Source: an uncultured Pseudomonadota bacterium (lineage in GTDB: Bacteria; Pseudomonadota; Alphaproteobacteria; Rs-D84). From it: a DNA stretch of 64,000 bases. The stretch lies in assembly GCA_900320405.1 (NCBI GenBank), contig OOHM01000001.1:203191-267190 (forward strand), read 5' to 3'. Shown piece after piece: positions 1 to 8,868 of the stretch (its first letter is position 1; the number at the start of each line of letters is the position of its first letter). The notes under the pieces were generated by a model, which made no database searches, had not been told where the DNA came from, and was given only the letters and a program-made list of their open reading frames with translations. A program made the translations under genes and the position numbers.

Positions 1-2
1 AA

Positions 3-677
3 GAAATTGACGGTTCTACAATATTTGTATCAAATAATAAACGCGATATACGTCAAATGGTCTTGGACGATTTAGGCGTAAGTTATCGGGCAAATAATTT
101 ATGTGCAATTGCAGAACATATAATGAACAATCCAATTGATATCGCATATAACAAGACGGACAAGAAATTGTTTGTTGTTATGTCTAATGGAGAAATTGCC
201 GTATTAAATCGAAATGTTGCGTTGGGAATTTCTGCGTGGGGGCATTATATGACCGCAGGTGATTTCAAATCTGTTGCGGTGTCAAATGACAAAACATATG
301 TTGTGACCGAACGAGATTCAAATTTTATTTTTGAAAGATTCGATGATTCGGAAATGATTGATTCGGACGAATATTCATATACTTCGCGTGCATGCGGGTT
401 GCCAATAATGACATCGGGTCATAACGCAAAATATGTAAGGATTAAAAAGATTATTGCACGTGTGCACGATTCAAAAACTTTATTTATAAACAATTTTCGA
501 ACCACATTCCCAGATGAAGTATACACCCCCGATGTATCCGGATTTTCGGGGGATATATCGGTAAATGTCTTGGGGACACTGCGTGATATGGTGGACAGTC
601 CATGGGAAATATCAACAAATGATGAATTACCGCTTACGGTTTTGTCTGTGACCGTATATGGGCGGTATCAAATATAA
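3..677 (+). CDS. Podophage tail tubular/nozzle protein B-like (T7 gp12 / BPP-1 type), 5'-truncated by window edge
   Basis: Frame open from base 3 (EIDGSTIFVSNNKRDIRQMV...YRANNLCAIAEHI); C-terminal DELPLTVLSV resembles the ends of podoviral tail proteins; adjacent to terminase/portal. Confidence 0.6.
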   Translation, partial: EIDGSTIFVSNNKRDIRQMVLDDLGVSYRANNLCAIAEHIMNNPIDIAYNKTDKKLFVVMSNGEIAVLNRNVALGISAWGHYMTAGDFKSVAVSNDKTYVVTERDSNFIFERFDDSEMIDSDEYSYTSRACGLPIMTSGHNAKYVRIKKIIARVHDSKTLFINNFRTTFPDEVYTPDVSGFSGDISVNVLGTLRDMVDSPWEISTNDELPLTVLSVTVYGRYQI

Positions 678-692
678 ACAAAAGGATAAGAA

Positions 693-1040
693 ATGGGACA
701 AGTTATTACAGATGTAAAAGATATTCTGGATTATCAAGATGGCAAGAAAAAGACCGCAACAACCAGAAAAGAAATTATCAGGCAAATGGCGATTGATGAA
801 AAAAACAAACAAAATTTGGTAAACAAGGTCTTGGCGACCCAACGTGCAAAATATGGCGCATCCGGAATGAAGCCCCAAGGGCAAACAGAAGATGCGGTTT
901 TGGCACGATTAAAAGAAGAAACCGAAAAACCATATAACGATAAGCGTCAATCTAATTTGCAAAAATTACAAAATGCGCGCACCAGGAAAAAGAACCTGAT
1001 ATTGGCGGCGTTGGAACATATGGAAAAATTGGTCGGGTAA
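693..1040 (+). CDS. Phage-like helical protein, possible internal virion/ejection protein
   Basis: SD AAGGA upstream; motif QRAKYGASGM resembles podophage internal proteins; between tail and terminase genes. Confidence 0.45.
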   Translation: MGQVITDVKDILDYQDGKKKTATTRKEIIRQMAIDEKNKQNLVNKVLATQRAKYGASGMKPQGQTEDAVLARLKEETEKPYNDKRQSNLQKLQNARTRKKNLILAALEHMEKLVG

Positions 1041-1041
1041 A

Positions 1042-1635
1042 ATGACGGAATACAACCAATTTTTGGATTCTTGGAATTCTGTATTGGGATTGAATACACC
1101 ATCACACCATCACCGTATGACAGATTTTCTAACGGAAGTGTTAAATAATGGGAATCATCGCGGGTTGCTGATGGCGTTTCGGCATTCGGGTAAATCCACC
1201 ATCGTCGGCATTTTTGCGACATGTGTCTTGTTTTTGCGACCCGAAACGCGAATACTGATTTTGTCTGCGCAAACGCACCAGGCCACCAGAATGGTTATGC
1301 ATATAAGAAATATTTTAGAAAATCATCCGTGGTGCCAAAATATGATTCCAAAAAATCGTCGGGAATGGGCCGAAAATAAAATTACCATCAATCGACCGAT
1401 TGGTATTCGTGAACCATCCGTTATATGCCAAGGCATATATGGCAACATAACCGGTATGCGCGCAGATTTGATAATTTGTGATGATGTCGAGGTTCCAAAT
1501 ACATGCAACACCGCACGAAAACGTGCGGCGTTGCGTGAAAGGTTGCGTGAATTAGATTTTGTGTTGGCCCCAACCGGCACAATGATTTATATCGGTACAC
1601 CACACACATTGGATACCATATATCGTACGACCTAG
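1042..1635 (+). CDS. Terminase large subunit, N-terminal ATPase domain only (T7-like)
   Basis: Walker A AFRHSGKS, ITGMRADLIICDDVE (Walker B), coupling motif IGTPH; stops ~9 aa later. Confidence 0.85.
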   Translation: MTEYNQFLDSWNSVLGLNTPSHHHRMTDFLTEVLNNGNHRGLLMAFRHSGKSTIVGIFATCVLFLRPETRILILSAQTHQATRMVMHIRNILENHPWCQNMIPKNRREWAENKITINRPIGIREPSVICQGIYGNITGMRADLIICDDVEVPNTCNTARKRAALRERLRELDFVLAPTGTMIYIGTPHTLDTIYRTT

Positions 1636-2288
1636 GCTTCAGAATTTATATGTGCCAAAGAACTTGTAATCTTGTGCAATTTGTGCAACAACGTTCTGCC
1701 TTCATCACCAAACATCGGCAGATATGTTTCGTAATCTGGCATATCAACTTGAAGTTGTGCACGTGCCCGTTCATTGATTGGTTTGGAAATAATATCGTTT
1801 GCGCTTTCCCAAAGGCTGTACGCCCGCCAAGTGCGAACAATCGTATCAAATTTTTTCAATTCTTCGGGATGATTGTTCAATATGTGTTTTATGGAAACCG
1901 CCCATTCGGGACCAAATCCACGAACAACCGGCATCTGCATAAATTGCTGTAACGCGTCTTGGTCCGGTTCAAAATTATTAATTGCAGATATCAAATCATC
2001 TAAATCGTCGTTTGATATATCGGTCGCGATTGCGGGTTCGTTCATCATACCACCATATGGCAACAATTCACGCGCAATAGAATTCATTGGTGTTTTACCG
2101 TCGCGCAAATTTTTTATATGTTGTACCAACATTTTTCCGGTCGGTAAATCTGCCATTTCGGTCAGAACTTCGTCGGTGGCTTCGTCAACAAAGACACGAT
2201 TTACCGCGCCCCATCCGCCGACGATAACATGCGCCTGACGGTAAAGATTTAACAATTTTTGTGCGATTACACTTGCTTTGGCTTTCAT
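1632..2288 (-). CDS. Hypothetical protein (218 aa)
   Basis: Long ORF downstream of the HTH gene; its stop overlaps the terminase-N stop on CTAG (1632-1635). Confidence 0.7.
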   Translation of the reverse strand: MKAKASVIAQKLLNLYRQAHVIVGGWGAVNRVFVDEATDEVLTEMADLPTGKMLVQHIKNLRDGKTPMNSIARELLPYGGMMNEPAIATDISNDDLDDLISAINNFEPDQDALQQFMQMPVVRGFGPEWAVSIKHILNNHPEELKKFDTIVRTWRAYSLWESANDIISKPINERARAQLQVDMPDYETYLPMFGDEGRTLLHKLHKITSSLAHINSEA

Positions 2289-2315
2289 CTCGTTTAATCC
2301 CCCCGTTGGTTAATG

Positions 2316-3326
2316 TTATTCTGTTGTGACCATAATAACCTTGTGCATGGTTTGTGCAGAAATTTTTTCTTCTGGTGATACCATTTGACCATAAATTTGA
2401 CCTTTGGAATCTTGGCGCACAACGGCAATGTTTGCAACCACCGTTTGATCATCGCGCAGTGTTTTGAAATCTGCATCAACGAATACCGCCAAATCACCAA
2501 CCGCGGGCACAGATTTAACATCGGCAAAAACATAAGACTTTGCCGGGATGAACCCGCCCAAACGTTTAGAATTCGGGATAAGCGCATAAACGCCACGGCG
2601 ACCTTCAAGATTTGCGGGTGCGGCAATCATTGTTTTATCAGATTTTTTGAATGCGATTGCTTTGCCTTCGGGTTTACCGAACACCGGAATCAATTTTTTG
2701 CGTGCATTGTCATACAATTTTGCACCATATAAATGACCCTGCATATCGCCCAAATCTGCGGCAGAATCACCCGGTACCAAAACCGCCTTGACACGTTCTT
2801 TGACCTTGTTCATTTGTTTGGCAAGTTCGCCCGATTTATACAGGTCTGCGATTCTATCGAACATACCGTCCACAGAATACGCAAACGATTTTGCCAATGG
2901 TTCGATTTCGTTTTTGTATATTTCACGTTGACCGACCTCTATTTTGTGATAAACGGACAGGGTCATCCCTGCATCCTTGGCGGCCTGGGCAATGGTTTTT
3001 CCGGCCTGTTGGCGTATCTTGCGCAGACCACTGCCAAACACTTTCAAACCACTGTCTTCATTATCGTTCATACGGCGTTTGATTTCATCTTGCCATTTGG
3101 TTGCGACTTCGTCCGTGTCTTTGATGAATATATCGGACAGTTTACAACCCAATATATTACAGATATTCAACAATTGTTTCTGGTTTAGACGACGCACACC
3201 CTTTTCAATCTTGGAAACCGCCGACAGCGACAGCCCCGACCGACGTGCCAATTCGGTCATTTTCATACCTGCGCCCAGGCGAATGTTTCGAATATTGTTT
3301 GGAAAAATGATTTCTTCTTGGGCCAT
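2316..3326 (-). CDS. XRE-family regulator with two HTH domains and a degenerate S24/LexA-like C-terminal domain
   Basis: Two Cro/C1 HTH motifs (MTELARRSGLSLSAVSKIEKG; TIAQAAKDAGMTLSVYHKIEVG); C-terminus resembles S24 fold but lacks GDSM; SD AAGGAG. Confidence 0.8.
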   Translation of the reverse strand: MAQEEIIFPNNIRNIRLGAGMKMTELARRSGLSLSAVSKIEKGVRRLNQKQLLNICNILGCKLSDIFIKDTDEVATKWQDEIKRRMNDNEDSGLKVFGSGLRKIRQQAGKTIAQAAKDAGMTLSVYHKIEVGQREIYKNEIEPLAKSFAYSVDGMFDRIADLYKSGELAKQMNKVKERVKAVLVPGDSAADLGDMQGHLYGAKLYDNARKKLIPVFGKPEGKAIAFKKSDKTMIAAPANLEGRRGVYALIPNSKRLGGFIPAKSYVFADVKSVPAVGDLAVFVDADFKTLRDDQTVVANIAVVRQDSKGQIYGQMVSPEEKISAQTMHKVIMVTTE

Positions 3327-3347
3327 ATAAAACTCCTTAGATAAATC

Positions 3348-3385
3348 TTGACAAAATCATAGTCAATTTTAGAAAACTTGGCAAG
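3348..3385 (-). promoter_or_regulatory. Sigma70-like promoter of the XRE gene overlapped by palindrome TTGAC-N9-GTCAA
   Basis: Minus strand TTGCCA-17-TATGAT; inverted repeat 3348-3366 covers the -10 box. Confidence 0.5.
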
Positions 3386-3430
3386 GAAAAATTTTACCAA
3401 CCATCACCAACTAATAACACCGACCAGTAT

Positions 3431-4975
3431 TTATATATCCATATCGTCGGGGATTTCGGTCAAATCAATAGGTGCCGCATCGTCGGATTGTGGCACAGGT
3501 GCGTTTTCTTCGGCAAATTGTATATGACCACGATTTGCCATTTCATTCAGGTTATCAAACAAACTGAATTCCGGCAAAAACGCCACCCGTATAGTATCGG
3601 TTTTCCCGTGACGGTTTTTCCCGATGATAATATCGGCCTTGCCTTTGGCTTTCTCCATACGATTTTGCCACGAATCAACAGATTTTTCATTTGGGGTGTT
3701 TGATATGCGATATGACGGGTCGCGATTTGCCAAATAGTATTCTTCGCGATATGTGAACATAACAATGTCGGCATCTTGTTCAATAGACCCCGATTCACGC
3801 AAATCCGACAATTGCGGGCGTTTATCATCACGCATTTCAACACTGCGTGATAATTGGGACAGGGCAATAACCGGAACATCGAATTCTTTGGCCAACATTT
3901 TAAGACCGCGCGTAATTTCCGACAATTCTTGAACACGATTGTCTTTGTTTTTACCGCCCGGTGAAGTCAATAATTGCAAATAGTCAATCACGATAAGTGC
4001 AATTCCGTTATATTTGCGGGCCAATCGGCGCACACGTGTGCGAATCATTGGAACCGACATACCCGGCGTATCATCTATGAACAATGGAATACGACCAATG
4101 GCATCTGCAAACTGGGTCATTTTAAGGAAATCTTCATCGGTCAACGACCCGGCCAGCATGGCATTAGAAGGTATTCGTGACTGTGAAGACAGCACGCGTG
4201 CCGCCAATTCAGATTGGTTCATTTCTAAACTGAAAAACGCGACCGCACCAGTGTATTGTGGATTTGCACGTCCCGAAAATATTGCGTTTGCCGCATTAAA
4301 TGCGATATTCATCGCCAATGTGGTCTTACCCATACCTGGACGTCCCGCGATAATAAGCAGATTCGATTTATGCAAACCACTAATGGCCTTGTCTAAATCG
4401 GTCAGACCCGTTGTTAATCCGGACAATTTGCCGTCCGCCTTGTACGCGATTTCGGCCTCAATCAGTGCGCTTTTCAATGCGGTTGCAATTGGTGCGACAT
4501 CGCGTCCAATATCGCCGGTTGTTGCCATATTGAATAACATTTGTTCGGCGTTTTCTATTTGTGATGCGACCGGTTTATCTAAATCTTCGACAAATGCGTC
4601 GTCGGTTATTGTCTGGCCAATTTGAATCAGTTCGCGTCGCATTGCGTTTTCGTGAACAATTCGACCATATTGTTCAACATTTACGACGGTTGCCCCCGCA
4701 CCCGCCAATTGTGTTAGATAATCTATTCCGCCAACAGATTCCAATGTTCCCTGTTGGTCCAGATAGTTTTTAACGGTGATTATATCAAACGGAATTCCGG
4801 CCGCGAATTGTCGCAACGCCAAACGATAAATTTCTTGGTGCGCGGGATGGGAAAAATCTTCGGCCCGCAAGAATTCAGAAATTTTTTCTAATGCACGATT
4901 GTTGGTCAGCACCGCGGCCAACACGGCTTGTTCGGCCTCTATATTCGTTGGTAAAGTTTTGGGAGTAAAGTCCAT
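3431..4975 (-). CDS. dnaB: Replicative DNA helicase DnaB
   Basis: EAEQAVL N-terminus, AGRPGMGKT, IDYLQL, LSQLSR, SDLRESGSIEQDAD, KNRHG. Confidence 0.97.
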   Translation of the reverse strand: MDFTPKTLPTNIEAEQAVLAAVLTNNRALEKISEFLRAEDFSHPAHQEIYRLALRQFAAGIPFDIITVKNYLDQQGTLESVGGIDYLTQLAGAGATVVNVEQYGRIVHENAMRRELIQIGQTITDDAFVEDLDKPVASQIENAEQMLFNMATTGDIGRDVAPIATALKSALIEAEIAYKADGKLSGLTTGLTDLDKAISGLHKSNLLIIAGRPGMGKTTLAMNIAFNAANAIFSGRANPQYTGAVAFFSLEMNQSELAARVLSSQSRIPSNAMLAGSLTDEDFLKMTQFADAIGRIPLFIDDTPGMSVPMIRTRVRRLARKYNGIALIVIDYLQLLTSPGGKNKDNRVQELSEITRGLKMLAKEFDVPVIALSQLSRSVEMRDDKRPQLSDLRESGSIEQDADIVMFTYREEYYLANRDPSYRISNTPNEKSVDSWQNRMEKAKGKADIIIGKNRHGKTDTIRVAFLPEFSLFDNLNEMANRGHIQFAEENAPVPQSDDAAPIDLTEIPDDMDI

Positions 4976-5822
4976 GTCCAATATAGTATATGAAAAAAAT
5001 GTTTTTTCAACGCCTTTTTTATGTGGCTATGCCGAATTAAAAATTCCGATAATGGATGGGTGCGGAAATTCGGCGTGGCCGGCGATTTTTCCGCCCGAAA
5101 AAATTGCCCAAATTCGGGAAACGGTTGGGGAACGGCATTTTTCTGCACAAATGATGTTGGAATATGTTGCGCCCGATAAAATCCGTCTTGACCCTGGAAC
5201 CGTACATTTTTATACGGACGAATTCGACCCGCATACCGCGCGCATTGGCGAACATTTAATATCGGGTGCGGCCATTTATTGGGACCCGTCGGGGGGTCGG
5301 CGCGGCGGCGATAACAGTGTATGCGTTCTTGTCTATCGCGATGATAACAATCGATGTGTATTTATACACAATATAATGTACATCGTCGTCCCAGATGAAA
5401 CAGATTACCCATTGGCGTATCAATGTGACCGGGTTATCGATTTTGTTCGTCACAATCGTTTGCGCCAAATCACAGTAGAAACGAACGGTATCGGTGGCGC
5501 GTTGCCCGAAATTATGCGTGACATTATAAAGCGTGGCGGTGGCGGAATAACCCTTAATTCGATAACAAATTCGCGACGCAAAGAAGATCGCATATTGGAC
5601 GCATTGGAACCATTAATGTCAACGGGTCGATTGTTTGCACATCGGCGAATCACCCAGACCCCATTTATATCGGAAATGTTGGCTTGGTCGCCAATGGGCG
5701 GTGCCGAACACGATGACGGATTGGATGCGGCGGCCGGTGCAATTGCGTGCACGCCGATACCGGTGCGACCAATACTTGGTGGCGTGCCACGATATACCGC
5801 AAATACAGATTTCAAAATTTAA
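4974..5822 (+). CDS. Terminase large subunit, C-terminal RNase H-like nuclease domain
   Basis: SAWP..F, YWDPS...GDNS, VETNGIGG, HDDGLDA motifs; GGGAG 8 nt before ATG 4974 (start could alternatively be 5052). Confidence 0.8.
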   Translation: MSNIVYEKNVFSTPFLCGYAELKIPIMDGCGNSAWPAIFPPEKIAQIRETVGERHFSAQMMLEYVAPDKIRLDPGTVHFYTDEFDPHTARIGEHLISGAAIYWDPSGGRRGGDNSVCVLVYRDDNNRCVFIHNIMYIVVPDETDYPLAYQCDRVIDFVRHNRLRQITVETNGIGGALPEIMRDIIKRGGGGITLNSITNSRRKEDRILDALEPLMSTGRLFAHRRITQTPFISEMLAWSPMGGAEHDDGLDAAAGAIACTPIPVRPILGGVPRYTANTDFKI

Positions 5823-5843
5823 CACACAACAAAAGGATAAAAT

Positions 5844-7070
5844 ATGAAATATGATTTACAACAAATGTACATTCGCGCGATAAATATGCGTGAACCTTGG
5901 ATACGGCGTTGGGCGGATGCGCGCCGTTATACGATGCCCACAACGGATGAAGATTTGGCAACACTGTTTGACGCGACCGCATCTGATGCGGCGGCGGGTT
6001 TGGCGGCGTGTATGTATTCATTACTGACACCGCCAGAATCTTTGTGGTTGAACCTGGTTCCGGAAAGTCCGGATTCGCCCGACCCGGCGGTTGCGACGGC
6101 CGCATTGCGTGCAAATTTGAATGATTCGAATTTTTACACCACGATTCATCAATGCTATATGGATTTGGTGACATTGGGCACGGCGTGTCTGTTTATGGCG
6201 GAATCGCCGATTGGCGCGTCCAGTGCGTTTACATTTACCGCGATTCCAATTACAGACATTGCGATTTTGCCGAACGCGATATTCCATACTGCGACGATTT
6301 CCGGGGCGGAAATTCTGCGCCGATATCCGGAATGGACGCCGCCACGCGATATTGCGGAAAAAATAAAACAAGATGGCGAATATCAAATGCGTCTGGTTCA
6401 ATCTTTGGTTGATACAGATTTTACCGCATGGGTTGATGTTGGTGGTGATTTTGAAAACAATGTAGTGGCACGCGGAACATTTGAAACGAATCCATATATA
6501 ATTTTCCGTTGGTCGGTCGCCAGTGGCGAATTATACGGCCGTGGACCGATTCTGCGCGCATTGCCAGATATTAAAACGGCGAACAAAGTCGTAGAATTGG
6601 TTTTGAAAAACGCAACCATCGCGGTCAGTGGCATATGGCAGGCCGATGATGACGGCGTCATAAACCTTGGCAATATCAATTTGACCCCCGGTGCCATTAT
6701 TCCCAAAGCGGTGGGCAGTTCGGGTTTGACCCCACTTGCATCGGGTGCAAATTTTGATGTGTCGCAAATCATTTTGAAAGATTTGCGCGAACGCATAAGG
6801 CACACATTATTGGCGGACAGAATAGGGCTGTTGTCTGACAAAGAAATGACCGCGACAGAAATTTTGGCACGCAATGCGGATATGCTGCGTATTTTGGGTG
6901 CAACATATGGACGGTTATTGCACGAATTTATTCGGCCCCTGTGTGACCGCGGATTGCAAATATTGGCGCGTCGCGGCGTTATCGATAAAATATCGTTGCA
7001 CGGGGATGCAGAATTAAAATACATTGCACCAATCGCACAAATGGTTTCTGAAAATAATACATTGATTTAA
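5844..7070 (+). CDS. Head-tail connector / portal protein (T7 gp8-like)
   Basis: LFDATA, LLTPPESLW, DLVTLGTACL, RW...GELYGRGP..ALPDIKTAN, MTATEI motifs; SD AAGGA. Confidence 0.9.
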   Translation: MKYDLQQMYIRAINMREPWIRRWADARRYTMPTTDEDLATLFDATASDAAAGLAACMYSLLTPPESLWLNLVPESPDSPDPAVATAALRANLNDSNFYTTIHQCYMDLVTLGTACLFMAESPIGASSAFTFTAIPITDIAILPNAIFHTATISGAEILRRYPEWTPPRDIAEKIKQDGEYQMRLVQSLVDTDFTAWVDVGGDFENNVVARGTFETNPYIIFRWSVASGELYGRGPILRALPDIKTANKVVELVLKNATIAVSGIWQADDDGVINLGNINLTPGAIIPKAVGSSGLTPLASGANFDVSQIILKDLRERIRHTLLADRIGLLSDKEMTATEILARNADMLRILGATYGRLLHEFIRPLCDRGLQILARRGVIDKISLHGDAELKYIAPIAQMVSENNTLI

Positions 7071-7081
7071 CGGGGGCAACA

Positions 7082-7288
7082 ATGGAACGCATAGAAATTG
7101 CATACGCACGAACATTTGGATGCGCATCGGGTGCGGTCGTATTGGAACACCTGCGGAAAATGACGATTGAACGTGCAATGGGGCCAAATGCAACGGACAA
7201 CGAACTGCGATGGTTGGAATCCCAACGCGCATTGGTCCATAAAATTGAACAATTGGTATTACGGGGGCGTGAAAATGCAAAAACATAA
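7082..7288 (+). CDS. Bbp19-like small phage protein
   Basis: YARTF...SG..VL.HL....I...LGP......L...EGQR-type pattern, typically found right after podophage portals. Confidence 0.7.
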   Translation: MERIEIAYARTFGCASGAVVLEHLRKMTIERAMGPNATDNELRWLESQRALVHKIEQLVLRGRENAKT

Positions 7289-7532
7289 TGGTTTATCAAA
7301 TATTATCGACACACTGCGCAGTGGTTGGTTTTTAATTGCGTTTATTGCAGGTATGATTTATTGGGTTGCGCGCCAAGATAATGCGTTGGTGGAATTAGAC
7401 CGATTAACGGTTCGAATGACAACATTGGAAAATCGTACGACGGTATTGGAAACGGGAATAGGCCAATTGCAATTAAAAATAGACGGTATCAAAGAAGATG
7501 TCACATTGATTAAAACGGCCGTTATAAAGTAA
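7275..7532 (+). CDS. Small single-TM + coiled-coil protein, holin-like candidate
   Basis: TM GWFLIAFIAGMIYWVA followed by heptad repeat; last gene of the phage-like operon. Confidence 0.5.
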   Translation: MQKHNGLSNIIDTLRSGWFLIAFIAGMIYWVARQDNALVELDRLTVRMTTLENRTTVLETGIGQLQLKIDGIKEDVTLIKTAVIK

Positions 7533-7564
7533 ACAAAATCCCGCGGGTTTCGCGGGATTTTGTT
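7532..7564. terminator. Bidirectional intrinsic terminator
   Basis: AACAAAATCCCGCG-ggttt-CGCGGGATTTTGTT between convergent genes. Confidence 0.8.
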
Positions 7565-7567
7565 CGT

Positions 7568-7717
7568 TTAGCAACCGCCGGTCGCGTTGCCAATCCATTT
7601 AGAAATAGAAATATCTTTATGCAGCAAGAAATGATATTCACAATTCCCAGATTTATATGCACCCGTGCAGGCGGCCAATGTCAAAACGGCAAACAACGCC
7701 AAAATAACTTTTTTCAT
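7568..7717 (-). CDS. Small lipoprotein (49 aa), not in ORF track
   Basis: MKKVILALFAVLTLAACTGAYKSGNCEY...GGC*; lipobox LAAC; SD AAGGAG. Confidence 0.75.
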   Translation of the reverse strand: MKKVILALFAVLTLAACTGAYKSGNCEYHFLLHKDISISKWIGNATGGC

Positions 7718-7951
7718 GTGTTCTCCTTTATGCTGTTAACACAATTATGATTATATTCATATTTTCATTGATTGCAAGGTTAAAAACAAAATCCGTGGGG
7801 TGGTCGATTTAATCGTACCTTTTTGTCCAGTACTTTTTTTAGGAAATGTGATTCAGTAAAATCAATGACTTACAAAATCACAAGGGTGGTCAAAATAAAG
7901 GTACCTTTAATGCCATAATATAAGTGTATAAAACAAGCACAAAAAAGGAAG

Positions 7952-8016
7952 GGATCCCGGCCTAGACCACCCACAAAAAACTTCGTTTTTTGCGGGACCC
8001 GGACGCCGGGATGACG
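7952..8016. repeat. REP-like palindrome with nested hairpin
   Basis: GGATCCCGGC...GCCGGGATGAC with inner CACCCACAAAAAA-cttcg-TTTTTTGCGGGACCCG. Confidence 0.6.
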
Positions 8017-8047
8017 ACAAGCAAAAAGGAAAAATAGGAGGAATATT

Positions 8048-8467
8048 ATGAAACAAGCATTATTCATTGGTGTAATTGCATCAATATTAACAATCAATTC
8101 AGTTTTGGCGGATACAACCGTCACATCCAAACAATATGTTGATACTGAGGTCGCAAAAAAGCAAAACAAAATCGAATCCGCAATGGTGAAAGACGTATAT
8201 ACCAGTATCGCATCATATGATGACGAAGGCGGGTTGGTTGCAAATAAATTTGGCATAATTACCGAGGAAAGTCTCTTTGAGGATGAGATACCATTAAACT
8301 TTTATCTTAGTGCAGATGATGAGATAACTGCTTTTGCCGACAAGATGGTTCCAACCGTCGCGGCGGTTGTTGGAGAACTGTGGAATTACCAGCAGAGACT
8401 TACCTGTGCCGGGTGGCCGGATGGTGTGTCACATACGGATGAAAATTGTTGGCTGTGGAGCAAATAG
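8048..8467 (+). CDS. Secreted protein, paralogue of 29636..30346
   Basis: Signal peptide; TVTSKQYVDTEVAKKQ and LTCAGW..GVSHTDENCWLW motifs shared with the paralogue. Confidence 0.8.
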   Translation: MKQALFIGVIASILTINSVLADTTVTSKQYVDTEVAKKQNKIESAMVKDVYTSIASYDDEGGLVANKFGIITEESLFEDEIPLNFYLSADDEITAFADKMVPTVAAVVGELWNYQQRLTCAGWPDGVSHTDENCWLWSK

Positions 8468-8520
8468 AATCAAAAAATGCACCGGCGGTTGCCGGTGTTT
8501 TTTTACTGTCCACTAACCAC

Positions 8521-8868
8521 TTAAAACGCCTGTTTAATCCACGTTATGTGCCATCCGTGGATAATTATTACATCAAAACGCGCGTCACCCATCCAACGCG
8601 TTTGCAATAAGTATGTTTCCGCCGCGGCGCGCAATCGTTTTATTTGGGGCCGTGTAATCGCATCAAACCCCGCCGATATGGTTTTGCGTTTTTTAACCTC
8701 TACAAACACAATTAAATTTCCGCGCCGGGCAATAATATCTATTTCTGCGCGACCCGTATATCGCCCCGTGGTATATCGCCGGCGAATAATCCTAAACCCG
8801 TGCAACATTAAATATGCGCACGCAAAAAATTCTGAAAAAATACCTTTTTGATAAGAATCCATTTTCAA
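8521..8868 (-). CDS. yraN: YraN family (UPF0102) endonuclease-like protein
   Basis: EIDIIARRGNLIVFVEVK, ARFDVI. Confidence 0.9.
   Translation of the reverse strand: MKMDSYQKGIFSEFFACAYLMLHGFRIIRRRYTTGRYTGRAEIDIIARRGNLIVFVEVKKRKTISAGFDAITRPQIKRLRAAAETYLLQTRWMGDARFDVIIIHGWHITWIKQAF

Noticed and set aside
3-7532. Intact inducible prophage
   Set aside because: No integrase, att sites or replication module visible; dnaB lies inside; capsid not in window (upstream sequence unseen)
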